This document shows, one piece after another, positions 9,299-19,085 of a stretch of DNA of 64,000 nucleotides. How positions within the stretch are numbered: the stretch's first letter is position 1; each line of letters opens with the position of its first letter. The stretch is from a virus. The translations under genes were made by a program, and so were the position numbers. The stretch spans positions 64,326 through 128,325 of IMG/VR virus record IMGVR_UViG_3300023174_000071, one strand, 5' to 3'. A model generated the notes under the pieces. That model saw nothing but the letters and a program-made list of their open reading frames with translations, searched no databases and was not told the origin of the DNA.

Positions 9299-9568
9299 AT
9301 GTATATCGAGCTAACAAAGATTGCGAGAAAGCTTTCAAAAATGGGGAAGGTTAAAGAGGCTGAGCAACTTTTTGACATAGCTGAAGAAGTGGGTTATACT
9401 GTAGCCACGAAAGATGATGACTTTGACCAAGACTCAAAGCAAGAAATCGATTTGTATGAAGTGATTAACAATTCAACCTTGGAGGATATAGCTGAAATAT
9501 TGCTAGATAATCTCGATGAAGAGCAGTTATTTAATTTGATAAAGATGATAAAAGATAACATATATTAA
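9299..9568 (+). CDS. Hypothetical acidic protein, possibly virion-associated
   Basis: GAGG RBS; begins ELTKIARKL..MG..KEA; late-type motif upstream. Confidence 0.62.
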   Translation: MYIELTKIARKLSKMGKVKEAEQLFDIAEEVGYTVATKDDDFDQDSKQEIDLYEVINNSTLEDIAEILLDNLDEEQLFNLIKMIKDNIY

Positions 9569-9582
9569 CAAGGAGAGTTCTA

Positions 9583-9828
9583 ATGGCTGTTGAATTGATT
9601 GCTCGTAAAAATACAGATTCAGATGGTTGCTTTGCAATTCAGGATTTTCAACCGGGAGATTGTATTATTGTAAATCTTTCTGGCGGAGAACGTGTTCGTG
9701 GTGTAGTTGATCGTGCGGATTATCGTATTAATCAGATTACGTACCATACCAGTTCAGGCAAGAACTATCGAACCTCTATTGAGAGTATTGTTATGCTTCA
9801 AGGGCCGAATCGACGTTGGCTTGAATAA
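9583..9828 (+). CDS. Hypothetical small beta-barrel (SH3-like) protein
   Basis: AAGGAG RBS; FQPGD.IIV...VRGVV pattern. Confidence 0.6.
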   Translation: MAVELIARKNTDSDGCFAIQDFQPGDCIIVNLSGGERVRGVVDRADYRINQITYHTSSGKNYRTSIESIVMLQGPNRRWLE

Positions 9829-9872
9829 TATTTTGAAATATTGAATTTTCTGATAGTTTAATTTCAAAAGAG

Positions 9873-10085
9873 GTGAATATGCAAAAGAAGCCAGTTGTAA
9901 AAACTCGTAAGTTGAAGAATTTTTCTTTTTCGTTGATTAAGCAAAATCCTTCGCATGCCCGTTATAGTAACAATCTATCCATTATGGTTAATAATGGAGA
10001 GAAAGAACAACGTGTGACGTTTAATCCACGAGAAGCACGAGCGTTGCAGCGATTCTTGGAAGAGAATCTTCAGAACCAAGATTGA
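9873..10085 (+). CDS. Hypothetical protein
   Basis: GAGGTG RBS; followed by a terminator. Confidence 0.6.
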   Translation: MNMQKKPVVKTRKLKNFSFSLIKQNPSHARYSNNLSIMVNNGEKEQRVTFNPREARALQRFLEENLQNQD

Positions 10086-10092
10086 TAAAAGC

Positions 10093-10118
10093 GGGGCGAG
10101 TTATTCTCGCCCCTTTTT
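10093..10118 (+). terminator. Intrinsic terminator
   Basis: GGGGCGAG-TTATT-CTCGCCCC-TTTTT. Confidence 0.8.
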
Positions 10119-10136
10119 ACTTCCAAACGTGAAAAA

Positions 10137-11261
10137 ATGAAAGCCACCCAACATTATAAAAGCGCAAAAGTTGGAAATTTTCTCTTATATATTCTTAAGT
10201 CATTAAATCATGACCAGATTATATCGGGATTAGTTCACAAAAACATTTCTATGGACTACATTCGAAATCAATTTTTGTTGGACGGGATAAATTATAATCA
10301 TCTTATTATTGCGGCGAACTATCGTTACCTTCAACTTTTTGAAGAATATCAATTTGACAGCTATCTCTGCAGAACTGAAGGCGTAGGTGAACAGACAACT
10401 TTCGCCATGTTTGATGAGGCAGAAGGTCACTTTAAAGAAAGCTATAAAGATTTCTTCTCTGATGAATTCATTCAATGTATTTATAAGAATAAAAATTCAA
10501 GAATGGGTTATAGGAGTATTTACTATTTCTTTAATTTGATTTCAAATATATTAATTGAGCCTGCTTGTTTTTCTCTACCTGCTCAGCTTTCAATGTCTCA
10601 AATAGCTGATTATAGTTCAAACTTGTTTTTGATGACGCCTCTTAAGAAAGTTAAGAATTCTAATCCATTAAAATATGAAAAAGTTGAAACGCCAATCTAT
10701 CTAAGAAAGAAAGATATGGCTCTAGATATGTATGCGGCAAGTTGTGGTAAAAGCCCAACTCTAAGTGCAGAAGATATTGGAACATTAAATTCGTCTGTAT
10801 TTAAAACCACAAAGATGAATAGCAATTTTTATTACATACCCGCAACTTCATATATCTCTTGTAACAATTTTTTTAAATCAAATCCAAGTGAATTTAATAA
10901 GCAAATCGATTTTGTTTTGGGCAACTATAAGAAGCTAACTCCTGAGCAGAGGTTTGCCCTTGTTTCTATTTTAAGCGTTATTGGTGCGGTAAATAAGGAT
11001 TCTGCCGAACTCTTCCGACGAGATCGTTCAACCCTTGTTCAAGAGCATTTTTTGAAAATGATGTGCATCAACAGCCATCTTTATCCAAATATTAATTCTT
11101 TGCTTCAATCATATTTGGATCTAAAGAACAGTTACCTTTCAGATAACTTTAGAATAATTTTAGCTTATCATGGTTCGTTTGAATGGTTGCCATTTTTGCT
11201 TGGAACGAATAGAATGCGGGTGTCGGATATTGTTAACGAACGGATAGAGAGGGGATTTTGA
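10137..11261 (+). CDS. Hypothetical protein (PFLLG...ERG C-terminal family)
   Basis: 374 aa; C-terminus resembles those of 16665-18035 and 24285-25028. Confidence 0.65.
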   Translation: MKATQHYKSAKVGNFLLYILKSLNHDQIISGLVHKNISMDYIRNQFLLDGINYNHLIIAANYRYLQLFEEYQFDSYLCRTEGVGEQTTFAMFDEAEGHFKESYKDFFSDEFIQCIYKNKNSRMGYRSIYYFFNLISNILIEPACFSLPAQLSMSQIADYSSNLFLMTPLKKVKNSNPLKYEKVETPIYLRKKDMALDMYAASCGKSPTLSAEDIGTLNSSVFKTTKMNSNFYYIPATSYISCNNFFKSNPSEFNKQIDFVLGNYKKLTPEQRFALVSILSVIGAVNKDSAELFRRDRSTLVQEHFLKMMCINSHLYPNINSLLQSYLDLKNSYLSDNFRIILAYHGSFEWLPFLLGTNRMRVSDIVNERIERGF

Positions 11262-11779
11262 AATTCCGAGAAGAAACTAGGCGTCAACGTTATTTGGCGA
11301 AAGCTTCAAGGGCGAAAGTTCTGCCATTCTATTTGGCTGCAGTTAACTTTGGTTTAGATGAAAATCTAGCGCTACTTATTCGTTCCGCATCTTGTTTTGG
11401 TGCGGCAGGAATATTTGTAATTGGAGGCGTTCCGAGTCCTTCCTTTTTAAGGGGCCGCTCCGGAACAACGCTTGATTTCGCAAATATTAAATCATTTTCT
11501 AACCCATCGCATTTTCTTGCACATTGCAGAGAAGAAGGTTTTAAGGTTGTCTCAGCGGAGATTTGTGATGGTGCAACAAGTTTATATGATTATTCTTTTG
11601 ATTTTTCAGCGCCAAATGTAATTGTAGTTGGAAATGAAACAACGGGGGTTCCGGGAGAAATTATTCTGCATAGCGACAATGTGTTTATTGAAATGCCCGG
11701 AGTTGGAGCGTTTCTCAACACATCTCAAACTGCAACTGTTTTTGCTAATGAGTTTGTTCGCCAGCTAAAATATTCATAA
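11258..11779 (+). CDS. SpoU/TrmH-family RNA 2'-O-methyltransferase
   Basis: NLALLIRSA.CFG, VVGNETTGV and IEMPG...LNTS SPOUT motifs. Confidence 0.88.
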   Translation: MKFREETRRQRYLAKASRAKVLPFYLAAVNFGLDENLALLIRSASCFGAAGIFVIGGVPSPSFLRGRSGTTLDFANIKSFSNPSHFLAHCREEGFKVVSAEICDGATSLYDYSFDFSAPNVIVVGNETTGVPGEIILHSDNVFIEMPGVGAFLNTSQTATVFANEFVRQLKYS

Positions 11780-11780
11780 G

Positions 11781-12872
11781 TTATGCTGCGATCTTGGCGG
11801 CAGCTCCGGCAGCATTATCGGTTTCATCTATTAGTTTGCTTAAATCTCGAATAGACTTTTTAAACGCCTCTGGATCGAATTCTTTGACCGATGCGTCCGG
11901 CTTATCTTCCTGTTTAGTGGTTAGAACTTTGTCACCCTTTGCTTCTTCTTCTTTGATTTTCTTATTTAGATAATCAAGATGTTGATTTATAATTTCTTGG
12001 GCGCTATCAAATGTTGCGCCGAACCACATCTCTACTGCTTTTGGTCCCGCATATATTTGAAGAATATTGTTGATTGTATTTGCAATCTGAAGAAAAGTTG
12101 CCGCACCAGCAGATAGACCAAATGTTGCGGGAGTCGCTATCGCTCCAGCTATAGTGAGAATGTCAACAATTAAATCTAAAAACCCGCCGCCAGCATCTAA
12201 AAATGCCAGTATCCAATGGCGAGTGTAGCTGGCCAACTTTACAAGATCCATAACTGCATCAGGATCATCTTTGTGTTTTAAGAGAATATTTTTGATTTTT
12301 TCTGGATGCGTAATTGGCTCAAAATGTCCAAAACCATATTTGTCACACAATACATTGGACTCATTTCGATATCCTGAAAAAATATTATAGAGTCCATAGA
12401 TAACTTGAGTTAGACCTAGCGCCTTGGTAAATACACCAAAAACCTTTGGACGCATTTTAAATTTTCCAAAGTTATCAAAAAAACTATCTTTAATTGCTTT
12501 AAACTCAATAGCTTCTTTGGTAAACCCAGAATCGTCGCAAAATAATCCTTCAGAAATTAAATATTCTTCAAATATTTTTGCGCTCTTTACTGCTTCAGCT
12601 TCCGTTCCATCTTCGCTTACTAAATAATCTCTAATTTTTTTTAATTGATCCCCGCTAAACCCAGCAACTGTTGCGGCAAATTCTTTCATCTGAGAAATTG
12701 GTCTCCCAGATAGAAGCTCTTCTTTTAGGACCTTATTAGCTTCCAACCATTTTTGCTGTTGAGCATAAAGAGATTCTACGCTATTATCAGATGAATATTT
12801 TTTCATACCGCCTTGCTTTTCCAGCAAAAGTTGATACATAGCAGAACGAAGTGTAATTAGACGTTGATTCAT
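11781..12872 (-). CDS. Hypothetical protein with Gly/Ala-rich hydrophobic helices (possible ejection/membrane protein)
   Basis: Only long minus-strand gene; ATG 12872 has AGAGAG RBS and TACTATTT motif 35 nt upstream. Confidence 0.68.
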   Translation of the reverse strand: MNQRLITLRSAMYQLLLEKQGGMKKYSSDNSVESLYAQQQKWLEANKVLKEELLSGRPISQMKEFAATVAGFSGDQLKKIRDYLVSEDGTEAEAVKSAKIFEEYLISEGLFCDDSGFTKEAIEFKAIKDSFFDNFGKFKMRPKVFGVFTKALGLTQVIYGLYNIFSGYRNESNVLCDKYGFGHFEPITHPEKIKNILLKHKDDPDAVMDLVKLASYTRHWILAFLDAGGGFLDLIVDILTIAGAIATPATFGLSAGAATFLQIANTINNILQIYAGPKAVEMWFGATFDSAQEIINQHLDYLNKKIKEEEAKGDKVLTTKQEDKPDASVKEFDPEAFKKSIRDLSKLIDETDNAAGAAAKIAA

Positions 12873-12916
12873 AAGATTACTCTCTAAAAAGTTTCGCAAA
12901 AATAGTAGGTGAAAAA

Positions 12917-14047
12917 ATGAGAATCGTAAAAGACAAACTACTTAATGATGTAGTAAAGTTTCTTTTGCCAAAATACATTCTTGATCAAAAACCAATTATT
13001 GCAGGCGGAAGTATTCTTTCATTATACCGACATATTATTCTTAATAAAAAACATAAAGATTTACCGGTAGAGTTCGGCGACGTAGATTGCTGGTTTTTAA
13101 AAGAAAATCCAATTCATGACTCTTTTGAGTTTGATTTTTTATTTGAAAACATTGAATGTACTCCTGAAAATCGAGAAATCTTTAAAAGAAAAGTTCAACA
13201 ATATGGTTACACTCAGACCTTTTTTAAGAGCTCACGTTGGGCTAACACCTTTTGCTTTGAACCTGATTTTGATTATGTATCTTATTTTGAACAATATCGA
13301 ACCATAGAATATCAAATTGTAAAAACAAAACCGGAATCAATCGAACAGCTGTTAAGTAGTTTTGATATTAACATTGTTTCTATTGCTTGGCATGACGACA
13401 ACGTCTATATTTCTGAAAGAGCGGACAGGGCTCTAGCGGAAGATGGAGAGATTGAAATTAGGAATGAGATTATCTCTGGAGGATCCGTTCTTCAGAAGAT
13501 CTACTCTGTAAATCGGGCCTTTAAGCATAACGCTAGAACAGGAAAGCACTTCTCCAAACAAACAACAGATGATGTGTTTAACATCTTTCTTGAATATACA
13601 AATTTGGACAACAGAGAGTCTTTTGGATTGGAAGTTGTTAACGAAAAGCAGAACCTGCCAATTACAATGATCGATCCAAAAACAAATAAATATTCCGCAT
13701 TAACCATTTCTGAAGATGTAAAAAAAGTTGTCTCAGATATTGGCTATTTAGACTACGATCTAAATCTAGAAGTGATAGAGCGTGAATGTCTCAATACATC
13801 AAGTGCGTTAGTCAAAGACATATTGAGCAATTACGAGTTGGATGATAAGATTGATTTAGAGTTCGTAAGGACGATATATCTAAGTTTTGTACAAAACTTT
13901 GGATACTTAATTAACATGAAACATTTTGATAAGATGAAGTTGCTTTATTTTGTAAACAACAAAGAGCCTTATATCCAATCTTTAACTAAAATTACAGTTG
14001 ATGTAGAAAATCAAAATCACTTTGAAGATTTGCATATCCCATTTTAA
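12917..14047 (+). CDS. Nucleotidyltransferase-fold protein (CCA/poly(A) polymerase head-like)
   Basis: IIAGGS, GDVDCW, YQIV and SFDINIV motifs. Confidence 0.7.
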   Translation: MRIVKDKLLNDVVKFLLPKYILDQKPIIAGGSILSLYRHIILNKKHKDLPVEFGDVDCWFLKENPIHDSFEFDFLFENIECTPENREIFKRKVQQYGYTQTFFKSSRWANTFCFEPDFDYVSYFEQYRTIEYQIVKTKPESIEQLLSSFDINIVSIAWHDDNVYISERADRALAEDGEIEIRNEIISGGSVLQKIYSVNRAFKHNARTGKHFSKQTTDDVFNIFLEYTNLDNRESFGLEVVNEKQNLPITMIDPKTNKYSALTISEDVKKVVSDIGYLDYDLNLEVIERECLNTSSALVKDILSNYELDDKIDLEFVRTIYLSFVQNFGYLINMKHFDKMKLLYFVNNKEPYIQSLTKITVDVENQNHFEDLHIPF

Positions 14048-14061
14048 AAAGAGAGAAAGCC

Positions 14062-14826
14062 ATGCCGTATATGACTGTTGAAAAAGATCCTCTTGATACT
14101 TTCTGCCGCTTTGTTGAAAGTTGCTCTGATGAGCAAGAATTGAGTGTTCTTGACAATATCCTTAATGATATGTTGGAGATTAACAATCATCAGAAGCAAA
14201 TAGAAAGCCTTGATGAAAATCTTTACTCAAACGAACGGGCTCAATACGCAATCTATGTTATGAATTTCGATATGGATCGAGTTCGTTTTGCTTCGGAAAA
14301 AGTTTCTTCAAAAATCGCATATATGAATGAAATGAAACTCCGAGAGTTGGAACTAAAGCACGCATCTGAGCCTAATTCAGAAGATGAGAGCTTGGAAGAA
14401 GATCCTCTTACTGACGAAGAGCGAAAAGAACAGCAGGAATATGAGCAAGACCTCCCCGCCTCATCCGCTTCTCTTTCTGAGATGGCTCAGCAAATTTGCA
14501 AAATGCCAGAATTTAGCTGGCAAGAAGGAATGCAAGCTATTTCTGCAGATAAGAAGATTCGGGTCTCAGAATCTAATATTAACAATCTTCCTTCGGATGC
14601 ATATGTATCTCTTTCAGATCCGGCAACAAAAGGTATTCTCTTGGATCTCGCAAGGAAGCTGTTGAAGCGTGATACGTTGTTTATCTCGCCTCCGGGGGCT
14701 TTTTCGGTTGGTTGGGGTTATGGTTTTGTAAATACAAGTCTTTCTTCTCCAAAAAATTCATTTAAATCATCCGAAGAAGAAGTTCTTGCGACGCTTATTT
14801 TGAACCACAAAAACTACTTGTACTAA
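14062..14826 (+). CDS. Hypothetical protein
   Basis: 254 aa, acidic middle, C-terminal domain with LSDPATKG.LL. Confidence 0.65.
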   Translation: MPYMTVEKDPLDTFCRFVESCSDEQELSVLDNILNDMLEINNHQKQIESLDENLYSNERAQYAIYVMNFDMDRVRFASEKVSSKIAYMNEMKLRELELKHASEPNSEDESLEEDPLTDEERKEQQEYEQDLPASSASLSEMAQQICKMPEFSWQEGMQAISADKKIRVSESNINNLPSDAYVSLSDPATKGILLDLARKLLKRDTLFISPPGAFSVGWGYGFVNTSLSSPKNSFKSSEEEVLATLILNHKNYLY

Positions 14827-14876
14827 GCGAACAAAACGAGTAGAATAGAGGGAAAGCCGACCAGTTTTTGGTCGGC
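14818..14876 (+). promoter_or_regulatory. Sigma70-like promoter and leader hairpin of groEL-1
   Basis: TTGTAC-17 nt-TAGAAT (14841); GCCGACCA/TGGTCGGC hairpin at 14856-14876. Confidence 0.5.
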
Positions 14877-14900
14877 ATATTTAGCTGAAAAGGAGTGTAA

Positions 14901-16514
14901 ATGAATCCGAAAGAAGTTGTATTTGGTGGTCAGGCTCGTGCGGAAATGCAAAAGGGAGTGGATACTTTAGCGAACGCAGTTAAGGCAACCCTCGGCCCAC
15001 GAGGACGCCATGTTGCGATTGAACGTCAATATGGCCCTCCTCTTATTACAAAGGACGGCGTTACGGTTGCTCGTAATATTTTGTTGTTTAATCCTCTTCA
15101 GAATATGGGCGCTCAACTTGTAAAGTCAGTTGCCTCTGCGGCAAATGCAATCGCAGGAGACGGCACAACCACAGCGACAGTCTTAGCGCAAGCGATTTAT
15201 AATGAAGGCGCAAAGATGGTTGCAGTTGGACACAATCCTGTTCTAGTTAAAAAGGGAATCGATCTCGGCGTTCAAGCTGTTGTTGATGCTCTAAAAGAAA
15301 ATAGTGTTCAGGTTATCGATCCAGAAACCGTAAAGCATGTTGCATCAATTTCTGCAAATAATGATGTCTCTATCGGTCAATTAATTTCAGAAGCTGTAGC
15401 TGCAGTTGGTAATGATGGCGTAATTTCTGTCGAAGAAGCTACCGGGCTAAAGACGCACCTTGAATATACCGATGGTTTCGAGGTAGACCGTGGATATGTT
15501 TCGCCAGCATTTATTACAAATGAACAGCGACAATCCGTTGAACTAAAGAATCCATTTATTCTTTTTTATGATGACCGCCTTTCGCAGACCAGTGATTTCA
15601 TTAACATCATTAGTCAGATTCCTGAAACAAGTCGTCCTATTCTAGTTGTTGCAAAAGATATCGATGGCGATGCTTTGGCTACCTTGGTTTACAACAAAGG
15701 CAAGGGCGCTCTAAATTGCTGTGCGATTAAATCTCCAGGTTTTGGCGATTTTCGACGTGAATTTATGTCGGATCTTTCGACCCTCTGTGGCGGAAAGTTG
15801 TTTACGAATGAAGACGGGAAGTCTGTTCGTGAAGCTCAATTATCTGATCTTGGCTCCGCTGCTTCCGTTACGATCAATCGTAATAGCACAGTTATTATTG
15901 GCCCCAAGGGAAATCCTGCGCTTATCGAAGGTCGAATTGGAATGCTACGAGAGCAAATGAGAAATCCAAATCTTTACGACCTTCAACGTGAAAATATTAA
16001 AAATCGCCTAGCGAAGCTTTCAGGCGGCGTTGCGGTAATTAAGGTTGGTGGCTCCACAGAGAGTGAGATGCGTGAGCGAAAGGACCGAGTTGAAGACGCC
16101 ATTAATGCTGTAAAGTCAGCCATTCAAGAAGGTATCGTTCCGGGTGGTGGTTCAGCACTTCTTCACTGCACAAAGGCTCTTGATTCAATTTCTACAGATA
16201 ATCTTCTTCCAGAAGAAGTGATTGGAATTGATATCGTTCGACGCTCTATTCGTGCTCCATTCCAGCAAATTTTAACAAATGCTGGCGTCGAATATCATCA
16301 GTTTATGCACATGATTGTTGATGGTAGCGCCCGATGCGGATATGACGCTTTGCGTGGAAAATTTGTTGAAGATATGGTTTCTGCGGGAATTATTGATCCT
16401 ACAAAGGTTGTTCGCTCAGCGCTCGAACATGCAGCTTCTGCCAGTGGAACGCTTCTTACTACGGAAGTAACAATCTTTGATTTACTAGAAGAACCTACAG
16501 CTAAGCAGAATTAA
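14901..16514 (+). CDS. groEL: Chaperonin GroEL (copy 1)
   Basis: TLGPRG, ITKDGVTVA, AGDGTTTATVL, KDRVEDA, GIVPGGG and GIIDPTKV motifs. Confidence 0.96.
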   Translation: MNPKEVVFGGQARAEMQKGVDTLANAVKATLGPRGRHVAIERQYGPPLITKDGVTVARNILLFNPLQNMGAQLVKSVASAANAIAGDGTTTATVLAQAIYNEGAKMVAVGHNPVLVKKGIDLGVQAVVDALKENSVQVIDPETVKHVASISANNDVSIGQLISEAVAAVGNDGVISVEEATGLKTHLEYTDGFEVDRGYVSPAFITNEQRQSVELKNPFILFYDDRLSQTSDFINIISQIPETSRPILVVAKDIDGDALATLVYNKGKGALNCCAIKSPGFGDFRREFMSDLSTLCGGKLFTNEDGKSVREAQLSDLGSAASVTINRNSTVIIGPKGNPALIEGRIGMLREQMRNPNLYDLQRENIKNRLAKLSGGVAVIKVGGSTESEMRERKDRVEDAINAVKSAIQEGIVPGGGSALLHCTKALDSISTDNLLPEEVIGIDIVRRSIRAPFQQILTNAGVEYHQFMHMIVDGSARCGYDALRGKFVEDMVSAGIIDPTKVVRSALEHAASASGTLLTTEVTIFDLLEEPTAKQN

Positions 16515-16539
16515 TTCCAAACAGCTGCACCAAAACTTC

Positions 16540-16575
16540 AAATAGCGCAAGGGCAAAATCCTTTGCGCTATTTAT
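16540..16575 (+). terminator. Intrinsic terminator after groEL-1
   Basis: AAATAGCGCAAGGG-loop-CCTTTGCGCTATTT. Confidence 0.7.
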
Positions 16576-16605
16576 GTCTTGAGTCATGATAAAATAAGAA
16601 GCGAC

Positions 16606-16634
16606 TTGACTCTTGCATTCAGATAAGTTAAGCT
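16606..16634 (+). promoter_or_regulatory. Sigma70-like promoter
   Basis: TTGACT-17 nt-TAAGCT. Confidence 0.5.
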
Positions 16635-16664
16635 TTGATGAGCCACCGAATTGGAGATTCTATC

Positions 16665-18035
16665 ATGTCTAAAGATAGGTATTTAGATTGCTTTTTGTTT
16701 TGCTCTATGCTTGAGGATGAAGAGCCTTCGATAGAGAAAGAAAGAGCCTACCGAAAATATTTGGGCGAAGCATTTAATGATACCAATTTGGTACTTCAAG
16801 TCACATCTTCTTATACTTTACAAGAAGAGTGGTTTAGTCTTACATTGAAAGCGATTCTATCTAATTATTCTGAATCTATTTATTCAAGTTTTTTTAATTC
16901 AAATAGACAGCTTTTCTTGGATTCTCTTTTTGGAGAATTCCCTGATTTACAAGTTGAAACATATCAGCCAAATCAACAAGAGAAAAATTTAATTCAGAAA
17001 ATGTTTAGCGGTTCACTTCATGCTTTTTCTTGGCCCCGAAATACGGGGAGATATAACCAGCACAAAGACGTTAAACATCATCAAAATCTTTTATTTAATC
17101 TTTTTTATTTATCTCCAAAGTTTATGCAGCAAACGATTGAGGAAAGTCAGTTCACAGAAGACCAAAGGCAGCAGATCATTTATTCTGTCTTGTTCAAAGA
17201 TAATTTCTCTTTTGATGAAAAGCAAAGGCATTCGTATTATTATGAGGATTGCATTTTCCCCGCACAATTTGTTCATGATTTGATTTCATTTAATTCATCT
17301 TCAAATAAATCATCATTCTTAAGCTATAAGAATTCATTTCCGGGAAAGGATGACGAGACAATACTTAAATGGGCAGAAGATGTTTCATATGTATTAAACA
17401 ATGAGAGTTTCCAAAATTTAGTTTTCTCAACTTTATCATCATTGGCTGTCAATATTTCTGAGTATTCACTTCTTAAAAGTATAGGATTTCGCAGACTCTC
17501 CAGCCTTTTGAAGAATGAAAAATATACATCAGAGGTTTATGATAACATTTCAAATTCTCTTGAGAAAATTTTATTTTCAAATTATCATACACCTATTGGC
17601 GCAAATCATTCTTTAATTGAAATCGCATTCAAAAACCGAAGAGAACGATTTGATGAAATGATTAACTTAGCGCTAATTAAACGAGGATATGATAATCCTG
17701 TGCGTGCTATGTTGTACACTTTTTGTATCCATAATAATTTATTTACAACTGCATTAGCAAAAGCATTAACAAGAGAAACCAGTTCGTCGGTAGTTGAGAA
17801 AGTTTATGATGATCTATTCTTTAAGAATAAGAATGCCGATGGAATAAAGAAAGTTCAGAAGAATTCTTCCGAAGTCGAGTTTGAACAGATCTTATCTCAT
17901 CTATCAGAAACAAAGCATAGTACGGCTTTGAGGATTTTTGCAAAAGGAGCACCCTTGAAATATTTGACTCGAATTATCGGGCAAGACAAATATGCAGATG
18001 AAACCATCAGCCAACGATTTGAGGCGGGAAAATGA
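16665..18035 (+). CDS. Hypothetical helical protein (C-terminal family member)
   Basis: GGAG RBS before ATG 16665; ends YLTRIIG...ISQRFEAGK. Confidence 0.65.
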   Translation: MSKDRYLDCFLFCSMLEDEEPSIEKERAYRKYLGEAFNDTNLVLQVTSSYTLQEEWFSLTLKAILSNYSESIYSSFFNSNRQLFLDSLFGEFPDLQVETYQPNQQEKNLIQKMFSGSLHAFSWPRNTGRYNQHKDVKHHQNLLFNLFYLSPKFMQQTIEESQFTEDQRQQIIYSVLFKDNFSFDEKQRHSYYYEDCIFPAQFVHDLISFNSSSNKSSFLSYKNSFPGKDDETILKWAEDVSYVLNNESFQNLVFSTLSSLAVNISEYSLLKSIGFRRLSSLLKNEKYTSEVYDNISNSLEKILFSNYHTPIGANHSLIEIAFKNRRERFDEMINLALIKRGYDNPVRAMLYTFCIHNNLFTTALAKALTRETSSSVVEKVYDDLFFKNKNADGIKKVQKNSSEVEFEQILSHLSETKHSTALRIFAKGAPLKYLTRIIGQDKYADETISQRFEAGK

Positions 18036-18313
18036 ATTACCTATATCTCTCACGACCAATGCATATCCGTCAATTCGATCTTTACTTGAACTATCCAATT
18101 CAAGGAAAGCCTGAACTTCTGAAATACTTTGATGTTCTTCCGGATGGGAATGTTATGGCGGTAGCGGAAGAGTGTGTAGAAAAATTTCTAAAAGAAGACC
18201 TAATTAAAGAAATTAGAATGGGCAGGAAGAGTTTTGACAAGAGGGACTTTGAGGTAAAGGATGATGAGACTTTGTTTCGTTATTTGGCCATAATGGTTGA
18301 AGAGGATAGTTGA
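18032..18313 (+). CDS. Hypothetical protein
   Basis: ATGA overlap with upstream gene. Confidence 0.6.
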   Translation: MNYLYLSRPMHIRQFDLYLNYPIQGKPELLKYFDVLPDGNVMAVAEECVEKFLKEDLIKEIRMGRKSFDKRDFEVKDDETLFRYLAIMVEEDS

Positions 18314-18368
18314 TATCTAAAACATGCGCCTTGCTATTAATATTTTTTAATTTTCTAGAGGCTGTTTT

Positions 18369-19085
18369 ATGATTGAGAAAAAGGCGCAATATACTACAAT
18401 GGAAGATTCTGGCTTATCAGAAAGTGGCGCCAGAATCTTCGTGTCTGCGAAGATGAGAGATTATTGGCGCAAAGTATTTGGTGATAAAAAAGCTCCCGGA
18501 AGAGATGATATTAATTATTCAGAAATGCGCAATGATGATTTGAATAAAATAATTGCGAAAGAGTTTTTGGATAGTTCAGGGAAAGTTGTAAGAAGATTTC
18601 CTTTAAAAAATCCTCAATCTCCTGATTCATATGCGGAGTTGCGTCAACTAAAAGGCACTGCAATGTTTTTTGTTTCCGGATTTGACTCGGGAACAATTAA
18701 TCTTTTTTCATTGCAAAGCGGCTATAAGAGGCAAAAGAAAGAGGATCGCTCACCCGGAATAGAATCCGCATTAGAGAGGGATTCGGTTACGGGTTTTGAT
18801 ATTTATATATCAATAACTACAAGAAAGAAATGGAGAGAAGAATTCTTGCAATCCGATTCTCCAATTCGAAATGCAGAGCTTAATAAAGTTATAGCAAAAG
18901 AATTTTCTTCATCAACAGTTGTTAGAAAGTTTCCTCTAAAAGGTTCCAGTTCTAAGACTTTAGAAAGCGAATATGCTGAAATAAGAAAGATGGCAAATTT
19001 TCCTCAGTATTTTATTTCAGGAATAAAAAGAGGTAAAATTATTATATTTACTATTCAAAGCACGATAAAGTCTGGAAAGAAATAA
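18369..19085 (+). CDS. Protein of two tandem ~110-aa repeats
   Basis: RN..LNK.IAKEF...VVR.FPLK...YAE.R...F.SG occurs twice; TGCTATTA motif upstream. Confidence 0.72.
   Translation: MIEKKAQYTTMEDSGLSESGARIFVSAKMRDYWRKVFGDKKAPGRDDINYSEMRNDDLNKIIAKEFLDSSGKVVRRFPLKNPQSPDSYAELRQLKGTAMFFVSGFDSGTINLFSLQSGYKRQKKEDRSPGIESALERDSVTGFDIYISITTRKKWREEFLQSDSPIRNAELNKVIAKEFSSSTVVRKFPLKGSSSKTLESEYAEIRKMANFPQYFISGIKRGKIIIFTIQSTIKSGKK

Noticed and set aside
14856-14876. CIRCE heat-shock operator before groEL-1
   Set aside because: The inverted repeat does not match TTAGCACTC-N9-GAGTGCTAA
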